Shown here piece by piece: positions 37,362 to 45,654 of a DNA stretch of 64,000 nt. The stretch spans positions 43,188 to 107,187 of the forward strand of contig JACPKM010000001.1 in NCBI GenBank assembly GCA_016187025.1. The letters run 5' to 3'. The notes below the pieces were generated by a model, which was not told the origin of the DNA, ran no database searches, and was given only the letters and a program-made list of their open reading frames with translations. How positions within the stretch are numbered: position 1 is the stretch's first letter; each line of letters begins with the position of its first letter. Source of the DNA: Candidatus Daviesbacteria bacterium. GTDB lineage: Bacteria > Patescibacteriota > Microgenomatia > Daviesbacterales > UBA10151. The position numbers and the translations under genes are program-made.

Positions 37362-37543
37362 GTAAGCGACCGGATATGACTAAACTATTACCCGACCTGC
37401 TTTATTCAGATATGCGGCTAGAAGGAGAGAAGATTACCAGAAAACAAGCCAGGGATTTATTTAAATAACTACGGACTTAGGAGGTACTTGCCAAATCCGT
37501 TATAATTCGTTATAATCTGTTATAGTTAGATTATTATAAAACT

Positions 37544-38605
37544 ATGGTTAAAAATCGCAAGTTTGAAAAGAGGATAACTCAACTTCCTCCTGAAATATTT
37601 CTTAAAATAGCTCAGATCGATGAGTTAAAAGGTCAATGGACTGCAGGAGCTAATCTAAACCCCCAACTGTTAGGCAGGCTTAAAAGGTCAGTTTTAATTA
37701 CCTCTACTGGTGCTTCTACAAGAATTGAGGGCTCAAGACTTACTGACGACGACGTTGACAAATTAATGCAAGGTATTGCTATCCAAAAGTTTGCTGATAG
37801 GGATAAACAGGAAGTTCAAGGCTATTTTGAACTCCTCAAAATAATTTTTGATTCCTGGGAACATATTATATTTAGTGAAAATTCCATTAAGCACCTACAT
37901 CAGGAGCTCTTAAAGTATGTGGAAAAGGACCAGGATCACAGAGGTAAATATAAATCACAAGATAATAAGGTTGAAATGGTAGATGAGCAAGGTAGAAGAA
38001 TTGGAGTTATCTTTGACACTACTCCGGCCTACTTAACCCCTAAACAGATGCAGGAGTTAGTTGAATGGACTAAATATGCTTTGGAGGCTAAATTGTCTCA
38101 TCCCCTCATTATCGTAGGCAACTTTTTAGTAGAATACTTAAATATTCACCCATTTAAAGACGGAAATGGTAGACTTTCCAGAATTCTAACTAACCTGCTT
38201 TTACTTCAGTCGGGTTATCTATACATGCCTTATATATCTCACGAGAAGTTAGTTGAGGATCAAAAACCACAATACTATCTTGCATTAAGAAAAAGCCAAA
38301 GAACTTTCAAAAAAGGTGCTGGAGATATAGCTCCCTGGCTTGAGTTCTTTCTAGATATAATTTTAGCCCAATCGAAAGAAGCAATAAGTTTAATGGCTGG
38401 AGAGAATGTAGAGGATATTTTATCTAATAAACAAATTGCAGTCTGGCAATACCTACAAAAGAAAGCTGAATCTACACCTAAGGAAATAGCAAAGGAAACT
38501 AAAGTCGCTTATGCAACTGTGCGCCAAACACTCTCAAAACTACTGGATCTAAAGAAAATTGAGAGAGTCGGAATGGGCAGAAGTTCCCGTTATAGGAAAA
38601 TCTAA
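37544..38605 (+). CDS. Fic-family protein with a C-terminal wHTH
   Basis: Fic motif HPFKDGNGRLSR. Confidence 0.8.
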   Translation: MVKNRKFEKRITQLPPEIFLKIAQIDELKGQWTAGANLNPQLLGRLKRSVLITSTGASTRIEGSRLTDDDVDKLMQGIAIQKFADRDKQEVQGYFELLKIIFDSWEHIIFSENSIKHLHQELLKYVEKDQDHRGKYKSQDNKVEMVDEQGRRIGVIFDTTPAYLTPKQMQELVEWTKYALEAKLSHPLIIVGNFLVEYLNIHPFKDGNGRLSRILTNLLLLQSGYLYMPYISHEKLVEDQKPQYYLALRKSQRTFKKGAGDIAPWLEFFLDIILAQSKEAISLMAGENVEDILSNKQIAVWQYLQKKAESTPKEIAKETKVAYATVRQTLSKLLDLKKIERVGMGRSSRYRKI

Positions 38606-38675
38606 GGTTTTAAAACCCTTTTTTAATGTGTGTTAAGTTGTTAACTTTTTGAAGCTAAATTAGATAGGTAAAAGA

Positions 38676-39269
38676 CTAAAGAATTCTCTTGGGTAGATGG
38701 TATATGTATACAGCACTAGAAAAACAGAGTATCGCCATACTAACAAATAAGGTATTGAAGCCAAATTTTGTAACAATAAATCCACCTATCACTGCTCCAA
38801 TGGCAATTGAAAAGTAGTTCATGGCCTCCCAAGCACCCCACTCTGTAGCAGTTTTTCTTCCATCTAAATGTTCAGAGTAGAGAGCATCAAAAGGAGGATT
38901 ATAAATTGCCTCGCCAAAACCTATCAGTACCTGTACAAGCAAAAGAAACCAGATCGAGCTGACTTGAGTATAAAGTAAGAAACCTATTCCCATGATTGCG
39001 TATCCTAGAACAACAATTAGTTTTTTCTGCTCTAACCTATCAGAGTATTTTCCAGATAGCAGTACTGTTATTCCTGCCACTAATGCGAATGTAGCACCAG
39101 CAAAGCTTGCATCAAGTAAATCTCCACCCACCTTCTCAATAAAAAGAGCATAAATTGGCCCCAGCATGGCTCCAGCTATAAGAATCATAGCGTTAGTAGC
39201 TAAAAGAATTCTAAGAGCCTTATTAAAAAACATCCTCTTGATGTGAAATAGGGAAGAGACCCGTTCCAT
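38676..39269 (-). CDS. MFS-transporter-like membrane protein (half-size, possibly truncated)
   Basis: 197 aa with six predicted TM segments resembling an MFS C-terminal half. Confidence 0.4.
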   Translation of the reverse strand: MERVSSLFHIKRMFFNKALRILLATNAMILIAGAMLGPIYALFIEKVGGDLLDASFAGATFALVAGITVLLSGKYSDRLEQKKLIVVLGYAIMGIGFLLYTQVSSIWFLLLVQVLIGFGEAIYNPPFDALYSEHLDGRKTATEWGAWEAMNYFSIAIGAVIGGFIVTKFGFNTLFVSMAILCFSSAVYIYHLPKRIL

Positions 39270-39492
39270 AAAAAATTACCTATATTAACGATATTGCATA
39301 TAATCCGCATTATCAAGCTATAGATATGCTCAAATACATCATTTATGCCGTATAAAGTTGTGTCTCACCAGCCTATCCTCTGTTTAGGATGGCTGTAGAG
39401 GCAATCTTACTGGTAAGCCGATTGATGAATAAGTATATGGTTAACTCAAGGCCTAAGCACCAAAGTGAAGTCAAAGACTTCCTACTCCGTAG

Positions 39493-39558
39493 TAAAAAAT
39501 TCTGCAATTAAATCAACGATTTAATTGGGTGTATTATGTCTTGCAGTCCCCGCAACAC
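39493..39558. repeat. 66-bp direct repeat, copy 1 (att-like)
   Basis: taaaaaattctgcaattaaatcaacgatttaattgggtgtattatgtcttgcagtccccgcaacaca; identical to 42058-42123. It contains a 10-bp hairpin CAATTAAATC/GATTTAATTG and the core CCCCGCAACAC shared with the tRNA(CAU) 3' end. Confidence 0.8.
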
Positions 39559-39612
39559 AGCTAGATTAGGTTGTTATAATAGCCTAATCTCTTAATTAGT
39601 AAATAGGCTAAA

Positions 39613-40383
39613 TTATCCAAAAACAAATTCTTGCCCAAAATCTTTTACTAATTCCGATTTAGATTCTTCATAAATTGATTTTAACCCTCTTTCCAAGTAA
39701 ATTTGTCTTTGTGTGCGAGAATAATCATTCCAATTACCTTCAATTCTGGCAACCTCTGCTTCATATTTCTTAAGTACAGGTATTCCTCCAAGACCTAACC
39801 AACTAGCAATACCATGTTCAGCATATTTTCCATTTCCACCTAACCAACCATAAGGGGTTTTAGCAACGTCAAATCTCGCAGTAATTCTCGGTCTCACCTC
39901 TATATCTGTACCGCTACCAATTCTAATGGTGCGATTCGGGAATTTAGCAATTGCCCCGTCTGTTAAAGATGGATTTAATTCCTGTTCTACTATGCCTGCA
40001 ATTTGCATCAGATTGTCATGGCTTCCAATATAAACTGTTGCTCCAGATTCCCTATTGCCGTAAAAGTATGTTCCTACCATTGATTCAACTTTAAAATACA
40101 ATCCGTTTACATATAAAAACTGTGCAACATCTCTTTCTTTACCTTTCTCAAAGGCAATATGAATCTTCCAACCACGGGATGAGAACTGAGAGAAAGGACT
40201 TTCATCCTCCGTTGTTTGAAAGTGACCTCTAGGCCCCCATCGTTCTTGCCAGGCTTTTTCAAAGGCTTGCCTGCGATTATCTTTATCCTTATTAAAAATT
40301 GTTGATTGTAATAAAGTATCAGGAGGATTTAGACCTGCTTCATTTCTTTCTAAAGAATCATCCACATGTTGATTATATCTCAA
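39613..40383 (-). CDS. hypothetical protein inside the repeat-bounded segment
   Basis: 256 aa; no family recognised. Confidence 0.3.
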   Translation of the reverse strand: MRYNQHVDDSLERNEAGLNPPDTLLQSTIFNKDKDNRRQAFEKAWQERWGPRGHFQTTEDESPFSQFSSRGWKIHIAFEKGKERDVAQFLYVNGLYFKVESMVGTYFYGNRESGATVYIGSHDNLMQIAGIVEQELNPSLTDGAIAKFPNRTIRIGSGTDIEVRPRITARFDVAKTPYGWLGGNGKYAEHGIASWLGLGGIPVLKKYEAEVARIEGNWNDYSRTQRQIYLERGLKSIYEESKSELVKDFGQEFVFG

Positions 40384-40448
40384 AAATTGGAATAAAAAGT
40401 TCTAACTTCATTCCAACCACTTCCTCTAAACAATGGTATAATGGCCAC

Positions 40449-40709
40449 ATGTTAAAATCTCAAAAAGTTTCGGAATATGAATTACCAATTAAAGTAGAAC
40501 CACAAAAAGAGGGCGGTTTTGTGGTTACTTCTCCAGTTTGGGCAGATTGCTACGCTCAAGGCGACAGTGTAGATGAAGCTATATTAGAAATTACTGCCGT
40601 AGCTCAATCTCTAATTGAATTATATAAAGAAGAAGGTAAACATATCCCCCTTAAGTTACAAAAAGAGGTTGACAACCTCACCTCGGTTCCAGTTATAGTA
40701 GCTACATGA
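40449..40709 (+). CDS. hicB: HicB-family antitoxin
   Basis: UPF0150/HicB-like fold sequence, overlapping hicA by 4 nt. The ORF-track start at 40299 is probably too long. Confidence 0.6.
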   Translation: MLKSQKVSEYELPIKVEPQKEGGFVVTSPVWADCYAQGDSVDEAILEITAVAQSLIELYKEEGKHIPLKLQKEVDNLTSVPVIVAT

Positions 40710-40918
40710 AACCTCTAAGCTATCGGATAGTTATCAAAAAAGCACGCAAAGCAGGTTTTGTTTTCCGTAGAAATACTGGCGGTACCCATGAAATCTGGTG
40801 GAATGAAGATAAAAAGAGAACCTGTGTGATACCTCATCATCATGAGATTAAACCAGGTACACTGAAGAGTATTATTAGGCAGATGGATGTAAGTGAGGAT
40901 AATTTTAGAAAATTATAA
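40706..40918 (+). CDS. hicA: HicA-family mRNA interferase toxin
   Basis: 70 aa; LSYRIVIKKARKAGFVFRRNTGGTHEIW is typical of HicA/YcfA. Confidence 0.75.
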   Translation: MKPLSYRIVIKKARKAGFVFRRNTGGTHEIWWNEDKKRTCVIPHHHEIKPGTLKSIIRQMDVSEDNFRKL

Positions 40919-41106
40919 AATAGGTTCTAATAGCCTCCCGCCCCCGCAAAACGAAAGTTTCCTTAAATTTCTCCATTGGTGATGATTAGATTATAATAAG
41001 AGCTATAATCACTTTTGCTAGTATTGAAACAGCCAGACAAATTATTAAAGACCTATATCCTGAAGCCAAAAACGTCAGGTTTATTGAACATGGTTATGAT
41101 AACTTA

Positions 41107-41925
41107 GTGGGACTTGTTGACAACAAATACGCATTAAAGTTTCCTAGAAATCAATATGCCTACCTTAGAGATCAGTATGAAGAGCAAGTTTTATTAGATC
41201 TAAAATCGCTTAATCAGTTATTAATTCCCAAAATATTAGGCAAAGGTAATAACCCACCTTATTTTATTGCTAGTTTTGTTCCTGGTAAGCATTTAAGTGC
41301 AGATGAAATTAGACAATTATCGACAGAACAACAAGAAGATTTAGCTGAAAAAATCGCCAGATTTGCATACGCAATGCATTCAATACTACCAGTAGATCAG
41401 GCTATAGAGCACCGTAGTAAATTAAAACTTGATTCTCTGAAAGGACAACCTTGGGTGATATATTTTGAAGAATCTTTAAAAAAAGTGGCTTTTCCTAATC
41501 CCCGGCAAGATAGGCTAGCTAAAGAATATTATAAAAGGTGGAAATCTTTACATTACGATACCCCTGAGGTAGTTGTACACGATGATATACATAATGAGAA
41601 CTTAATGTTTGAGGGGACTAATTTAATTGGTGTAGTTGATTTTGGAGACACGGATATTGGTCATCCTGAACAGGAATTTAGACAGATGTACCGAATAAAT
41701 GAGACAATTTTAAATTTAGTGATTAAAAATTATGAGCAACTTTCGAATCTCAAACTAAATAAAGAAGCCATTATACTTTTCGCTATACTCCAAGAGCTAG
41801 CAGTATACTCTGAGATGCTAACAAGTACTAAAAAAGATCGCCCCTCATTTTATAGGGCCACAAAAAACCTTCAAAAATGGTTACCCGAGGGTAATTGGGA
41901 AAATGATACTACCCCTTTTTTATAG
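41107..41925 (+). CDS. aminoglycoside/small-molecule phosphotransferase (APH) family kinase
   Basis: Brenner motif VVHDDIHNENLMF and the D-F-G region VDFGDTDIGHPEQEF. The in-frame upstream sequence looks like a genuine APH N-terminus but lacks a canonical start. Confidence 0.7.
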   Translation: MGLVDNKYALKFPRNQYAYLRDQYEEQVLLDLKSLNQLLIPKILGKGNNPPYFIASFVPGKHLSADEIRQLSTEQQEDLAEKIARFAYAMHSILPVDQAIEHRSKLKLDSLKGQPWVIYFEESLKKVAFPNPRQDRLAKEYYKRWKSLHYDTPEVVVHDDIHNENLMFEGTNLIGVVDFGDTDIGHPEQEFRQMYRINETILNLVIKNYEQLSNLKLNKEAIILFAILQELAVYSEMLTSTKKDRPSFYRATKNLQKWLPEGNWENDTTPFL

Positions 41926-42057
41926 TGTTGAATTTGTTGACTTTTGTGCCTAAAAGTTCTTTTTTATATGTGGTGTCCGATTGTCCGAATAGCAGATTTA
42001 AAAAACAGGTTTTAAATATAGGGTAAACTGCATGATTTGTAGCTATTAGGCACTAAA

Positions 42058-42123
42058 TAAAAAATTCTGCAATTAAATCAACGATTTAATTGGGTGTATT
42101 ATGTCTTGCAGTCCCCGCAACAC
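42058..42123. repeat. 66-bp direct repeat, copy 2 (att-like)
   Basis: Identical to 39493-39558. Confidence 0.8.
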
Positions 42124-42124
42124 A

Positions 42125-42478
42125 CTAACGGAAAAAAACTTTCCACCAGCCTAACCAATTAGGCAGTTTTTCTTCTAGATTTTTTCTACTTTCCCCTAAA
42201 ACCTGCTGAATCTTTTCTTCCGGAATAATTACAACAGTCTCCCCCTTTTTCCCCAAACCTAGTTTATTTCTGGCTTGTTCTTCTATAAACTCAGAAGATC
42301 GGACCTGTTGTAACCTTTTTTTAAGTTCTTTGTTTTTAACTTCAAGTTTGTATAACTCTTCTGCTGCCTGACTTAACCGATCAGATGACTTGGTAGCATC
42401 AAAAAGCTGCGCAATAAGGTTTGCAATGATAATTCCGACAATTACTATAACCAGTACTAAACCTATTTTTTTTGTCAT
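42125..42478 (-). CDS. FtsB/DivIC-like septum formation initiator
   Basis: N-terminal TM segment followed by a coiled coil (AEELYKLEVKNKELKKRLQQV). Confidence 0.5.
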   Translation of the reverse strand: MTKKIGLVLVIVIVGIIIANLIAQLFDATKSSDRLSQAAEELYKLEVKNKELKKRLQQVRSSEFIEEQARNKLGLGKKGETVVIIPEEKIQQVLGESRKNLEEKLPNWLGWWKVFFR

Positions 42479-42496
42479 ATTTCCCGCAGGCCATAC

Positions 42497-43402
42497 TTGA
42501 CAAAGATGGCCTATAAATTTACAATATACGCTATGATCAACTTAAAAGATGCTCATCAGCAATTTATAGGCCACTTAAAAGGCAGGTCCCGTGCCACTGC
42601 TACTATCATAGCTTATAGCAAGGATATTGATCAACTGATTTCTGACCTTGAATCCTCAGGTAAGCAAAACCCACAAGATGTGAGCTTAGAAGATTTACAA
42701 ACCTTTATGGAAAAATTGTCCAAAGAAAACTACACCCCCAAATCTATTTCAAGAAAAACAAATTCTACCAAAACCTTTTTTAAGTTTTTAAAATCCTCAG
42801 CTCTCATCACAGAAGATCCGGCATCAGACTTGGAGCATCCTAAGTTTGAAAATAAACCACCAAGGATACTATCAAAGCTAGAATACCGAGCCTTAAGGGA
42901 TGCAGCCAGAGCAGATACCAGAATGTTGGCTGTTATAGAACTACTACTGCAAACCGGTATTAGAATTGGCGAGCTGGCCAAACTTCGTTTGGAGGATCTA
43001 AGCCTGGAAGATTCTTCTGCCACTTTGCATGTTCCCCCATTTGAGGGAACCAATGAAAGAACTATTCCTTTAAATAAACCTGCTGTCGAGGCTTTACAAA
43101 AATACTTGGAAGTAAGGTCTAAAACCCAATCACATTCACTCTTTGTTACCAAAACCGGCAGACCTCTACTTATAAGAAATATCAGAACTGCAATTGACAG
43201 ATATTTTAAAATTGCAGGGATCAAAGGGGCAAAGGTAAATGATTTAAGACACACTTGGGTTGCTCATCAGCTTCAATCAGGTACCTCTTTACTGGTTGTT
43301 TCCAAGCTTGCTGGACATAAAAGACTATCAACCACTGAAAGATATCTTCAATTTCTCCAAAATCATTCCGGCGAGGGAAAAGTTAAACTCGAGGAACTAT
43401 AA
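42497..43402 (+). CDS. tyrosine site-specific recombinase (XerC/XerD-like integrase)
   Basis: C-terminal catalytic region LRHTWVAHQLQSG...HKRLSTTERYL (R-H-R-Y), 301 aa. Confidence 0.8.
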   Translation: MTKMAYKFTIYAMINLKDAHQQFIGHLKGRSRATATIIAYSKDIDQLISDLESSGKQNPQDVSLEDLQTFMEKLSKENYTPKSISRKTNSTKTFFKFLKSSALITEDPASDLEHPKFENKPPRILSKLEYRALRDAARADTRMLAVIELLLQTGIRIGELAKLRLEDLSLEDSSATLHVPPFEGTNERTIPLNKPAVEALQKYLEVRSKTQSHSLFVTKTGRPLLIRNIRTAIDRYFKIAGIKGAKVNDLRHTWVAHQLQSGTSLLVVSKLAGHKRLSTTERYLQFLQNHSGEGKVKLEEL

Positions 43403-43555
43403 AAAATTAAACATCCGGTGAACCAGATGATATCTTGCACAGACTGGATGAGTTTTTCAAATTATTCCTATCTGACGGTCTAAACTCCGAATACGCCTAT
43501 TTATTTGGGCTAAAAGATGCATAATGAACAAGTTCTTGCTGTGCAATAAAGTACA

Positions 43556-44101
43556 TCAACTTCTTTTAACTTTAGCAAACTTTAGAATTTGGTCTTTCTT
43601 CAAAATCAGATAAGAGGAGCAGTTTTTCTGAAGGGCACGACTGATGAAATTTTCAAAGCCAACATAAATCACTTTCTTATTCTCATCTTTTGCTGTTTGA
43701 ATAGCTGGTAATAAATCTGTATCTGATGAGATAACAAAACATTTATCGTATTCATTTTTGATGGCTCCACGTACTTGATCTACTGCAATCTGAACGTCCA
43801 CACCTTTTTCATGAAATTTACCATCGGACATAAGAAGATAGCCAAGTTTTATTTTTATACCTTGTTTTCTTAAGTTTAAGAATAATGATTGCTGATTTGC
43901 ATAAAGAGTCTCCGACTTTTTATTTCCCGGATATTTCCTAATCTCTCCAACATAATAGATGATGTCGTTGGATGCAACTTTTGTTAGTGATTGAGCCAAC
44001 CCCACATAATCAAAGTTTGTTAAATGTACTTGAGATAAAATTTTCTTAACCTTTTTATAGAAGTTGCTACCATCAAATTGAACTAATATTTTCTTTTTCA
44101 C
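43556..44101 (-). CDS. NYN-domain (LabA-like) protein
   Basis: ILVQFDGSNFY...GVDVQIAVD...VISSDTDLLPA, the NYN/PIN-like Asp pattern. Confidence 0.7.
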   Translation of the reverse strand: MKKKILVQFDGSNFYKKVKKILSQVHLTNFDYVGLAQSLTKVASNDIIYYVGEIRKYPGNKKSETLYANQQSLFLNLRKQGIKIKLGYLLMSDGKFHEKGVDVQIAVDQVRGAIKNEYDKCFVISSDTDLLPAIQTAKDENKKVIYVGFENFISRALQKNCSSYLILKKDQILKFAKVKRS

Positions 44102-44136
44102 CTCTTTATCTTAGGTTATCTGAGAATTTTAAGCAA

Positions 44137-44172
44137 GAAAAACCCCCGGGTCGTAAAGAACCGGGGGGAGTT
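44137..44172 (-). terminator. intrinsic terminator (minus strand)
   Basis: CUCCCCCCGG-UUCUUUACGA-CCCGGGGG followed by UUUUUCUUGC. Confidence 0.5.
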
Positions 44173-44436
44173 AGCAAATCAAGGTATTTCCTTTTGGAAA
44201 TACAACATCATATTATCAAAAATAATGGCAAAATGCAATAACTAAATCGATCCTTGTGGCTCGCCTCGCTTTGCGGTCGAAGCGGGCCTAGATGAATCAT
44301 CAAATCTGATGTCAACGCGAGCTCCCTAACTGTAAGGCTTGTCCCGCCGAAGCCATCAGGCGAAGGAGGATACTTTTACCCCGTCTCGCCAAAGGCGGAC
44401 GAGGCTCGCCTCTGGCGGCACAAGGATCATTCGGTA
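44173..44436 (-). ncRNA. GC-rich structured RNA (unassigned; 6S-like or riboswitch-like leader are candidates)
   Basis: An extended -10 promoter (TGATATAAT, minus strand at 44451-44443) and a downstream terminator bound a transcript of about 290 nt. A 10-bp closing helix GAUCCUUGUG/CACAAGGAUC encloses about 175 nt of GC-rich hairpins, in an otherwise AT-rich genome. Confidence 0.45.
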
Positions 44437-44477
44437 CACTCATTATATCAAGAATTTGATATACTTTTCTTACATAA

Positions 44478-45167
44478 ATGAATAATCACCAACTGCAACA
44501 ACAAAAGGTAATAAATAAAATTGAAGAGCAAATAAAGGCTAATTCTTTGAATTTTAGTACTGTTTCGGCTGTCGAAGACTATGAAAGTGATCCTCGTATT
44601 TGTTTAACAAGCGTTCATTTACCCAATGAAGAACTTAAAGGACAAATTCGGGAATTATTAACTGAGCCACTACGTAAAATTGCACCGGATTTTTACTACT
44701 ACACCTCTGACTCCCTGCATATGACTATAAAGAATGTACGCGTCATCAATAATCCCCCTCATTTCGAGGAAGAGGATGTTAATCAAGCGAGGAAAGTATT
44801 TTCGCAGATCATTCCTCAACACAAACAATTTAATGTCTATTTTTACAGATTATTACTCTTTCCAAATAACCTTGCTTTACTTGGAACCTCTGACATGGAA
44901 CTTGATAGTATTATTCTTGATTTAGATGTAGCCCTTAATAAGGCAGGAATTCCTGATGACAAAATTTATGCAAACTCAAAATACTTTTTTAGCAACATAA
45001 CATTAGCAAGATTCAATACGCCACCTTCAAAGGAATTCAAGCAAAAAGTTAAGGAGTTATCAGACTCTATTAAGTTTAAACCTTATACGATTAATTCTGT
45101 TACTCTCTTGAGCTGTAATGCAGTTTTTAAGAATCGTAAAACAATAGAGACTTGGTACTTGAAATAG
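44478..45167 (+). CDS. 2H phosphoesterase superfamily protein (LigT-like)
   Basis: A first H-x-T-x motif (SLHMTIKN) and a degenerate second motif (NITLARF); size and spacing fit LigT-like proteins. Confidence 0.4.
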   Translation: MNNHQLQQQKVINKIEEQIKANSLNFSTVSAVEDYESDPRICLTSVHLPNEELKGQIRELLTEPLRKIAPDFYYYTSDSLHMTIKNVRVINNPPHFEEEDVNQARKVFSQIIPQHKQFNVYFYRLLLFPNNLALLGTSDMELDSIILDLDVALNKAGIPDDKIYANSKYFFSNITLARFNTPPSKEFKQKVKELSDSIKFKPYTINSVTLLSCNAVFKNRKTIETWYLK

Positions 45168-45273
45168 TACTCCTAACATATCACTTTCCCAAATCGTCGA
45201 AAACTTAAAGGATAATTGCAGCACCTGATTAGTTAAAACTTACTTATTTCTGATAGTTAGGTGGTGATTACAA

Positions 45274-45438
45274 ATGTTGCCTTTAGATGTAATTAAAAAA
45301 TATTATCCTGATTTGTCAGATGAAGATTTGAAGAAAATACAAGTGTTTGTTTATCGATTGGGTTGTGGGATAATGCAACATTTTTATGGACAGGATTGGG
45401 ATAAGGATATTGAGGACTTGGATTTGGAAAACGAATAA
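45274..45438 (+). CDS. small protein (54 aa) with a strong SD
   Basis: AGGTGGTGA lies 7 nt upstream of the ATG; MLPLDVIKKYYPDLSDEDLKKIQVFVYRLGCGIMQHFYGQDWDKDIEDLDLENE. It is below the ORF-track length cutoff. Confidence 0.3.
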   Translation: MLPLDVIKKYYPDLSDEDLKKIQVFVYRLGCGIMQHFYGQDWDKDIEDLDLENE

Positions 45439-45558
45439 TGTTGTTCTGACAATCCAAACATGAGTTCGAATCTCGCTCGGTTTCTTGGCTATAGGGTTGA
45501 TTTCGAGGAGTTTTCCACAATTCCTTGAGGCTAAAAATTGTAGTTCGATAAAAATTAT

Positions 45559-45637
45559 TTGGTGAGCGGACCAGGACTCGAACCTGGAACCGGATGGATA
45601 TAAGCCATCTGCTCTGCCATTGAGCTATCCGCCCTTG
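45559..45637 (-). tRNA. tRNA-Ile (anticodon TAT/UAU) with an encoded CCA
   Basis: GGGCGGA-TA-GCTC-AATGGCA-GAGC-A-GATGG-CTTATAT-CCATC-CGGTT-CCAGG-TTCGAGT-CCTGG-TCCGCTC-A-CCA. Confidence 0.8.
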
Positions 45638-45654
45638 GTGCGCTGCTAATTGTA

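Noticed and set aside
40985-41106. Extending the APH-family gene upstream to a canonical start
   Set aside because: The in-frame upstream sequence is protein-like but contains no ATG, GTG or TTG before an in-frame TAG at 40990. The GTG at 41107 is kept, and possible 5' truncation by the adjacent att-like core is noted.
44173-44436. RNase P RNA, SRP RNA or tmRNA identity for the GC-rich RNA
   Set aside because: There is a CUAGAUGAAU match to E. coli M1 RNA on the opposite (plus) strand, but the universally conserved P4 strands (AGGAAAGUCCGGGCUC / ACAGAACCCGGCUUA) are absent. The SRP domain IV motif and the tmRNA T-arm and tag are also absent, so the RNA is left unassigned.
45455-45500. T-loop-like GAGTTCGAATCTC segment, a possible second tRNA or att remnant
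   Set aside because: No complete cloverleaf can be drawn on either strand. It may be a decayed tRNA 3' fragment, but the evidence is too weak to call.
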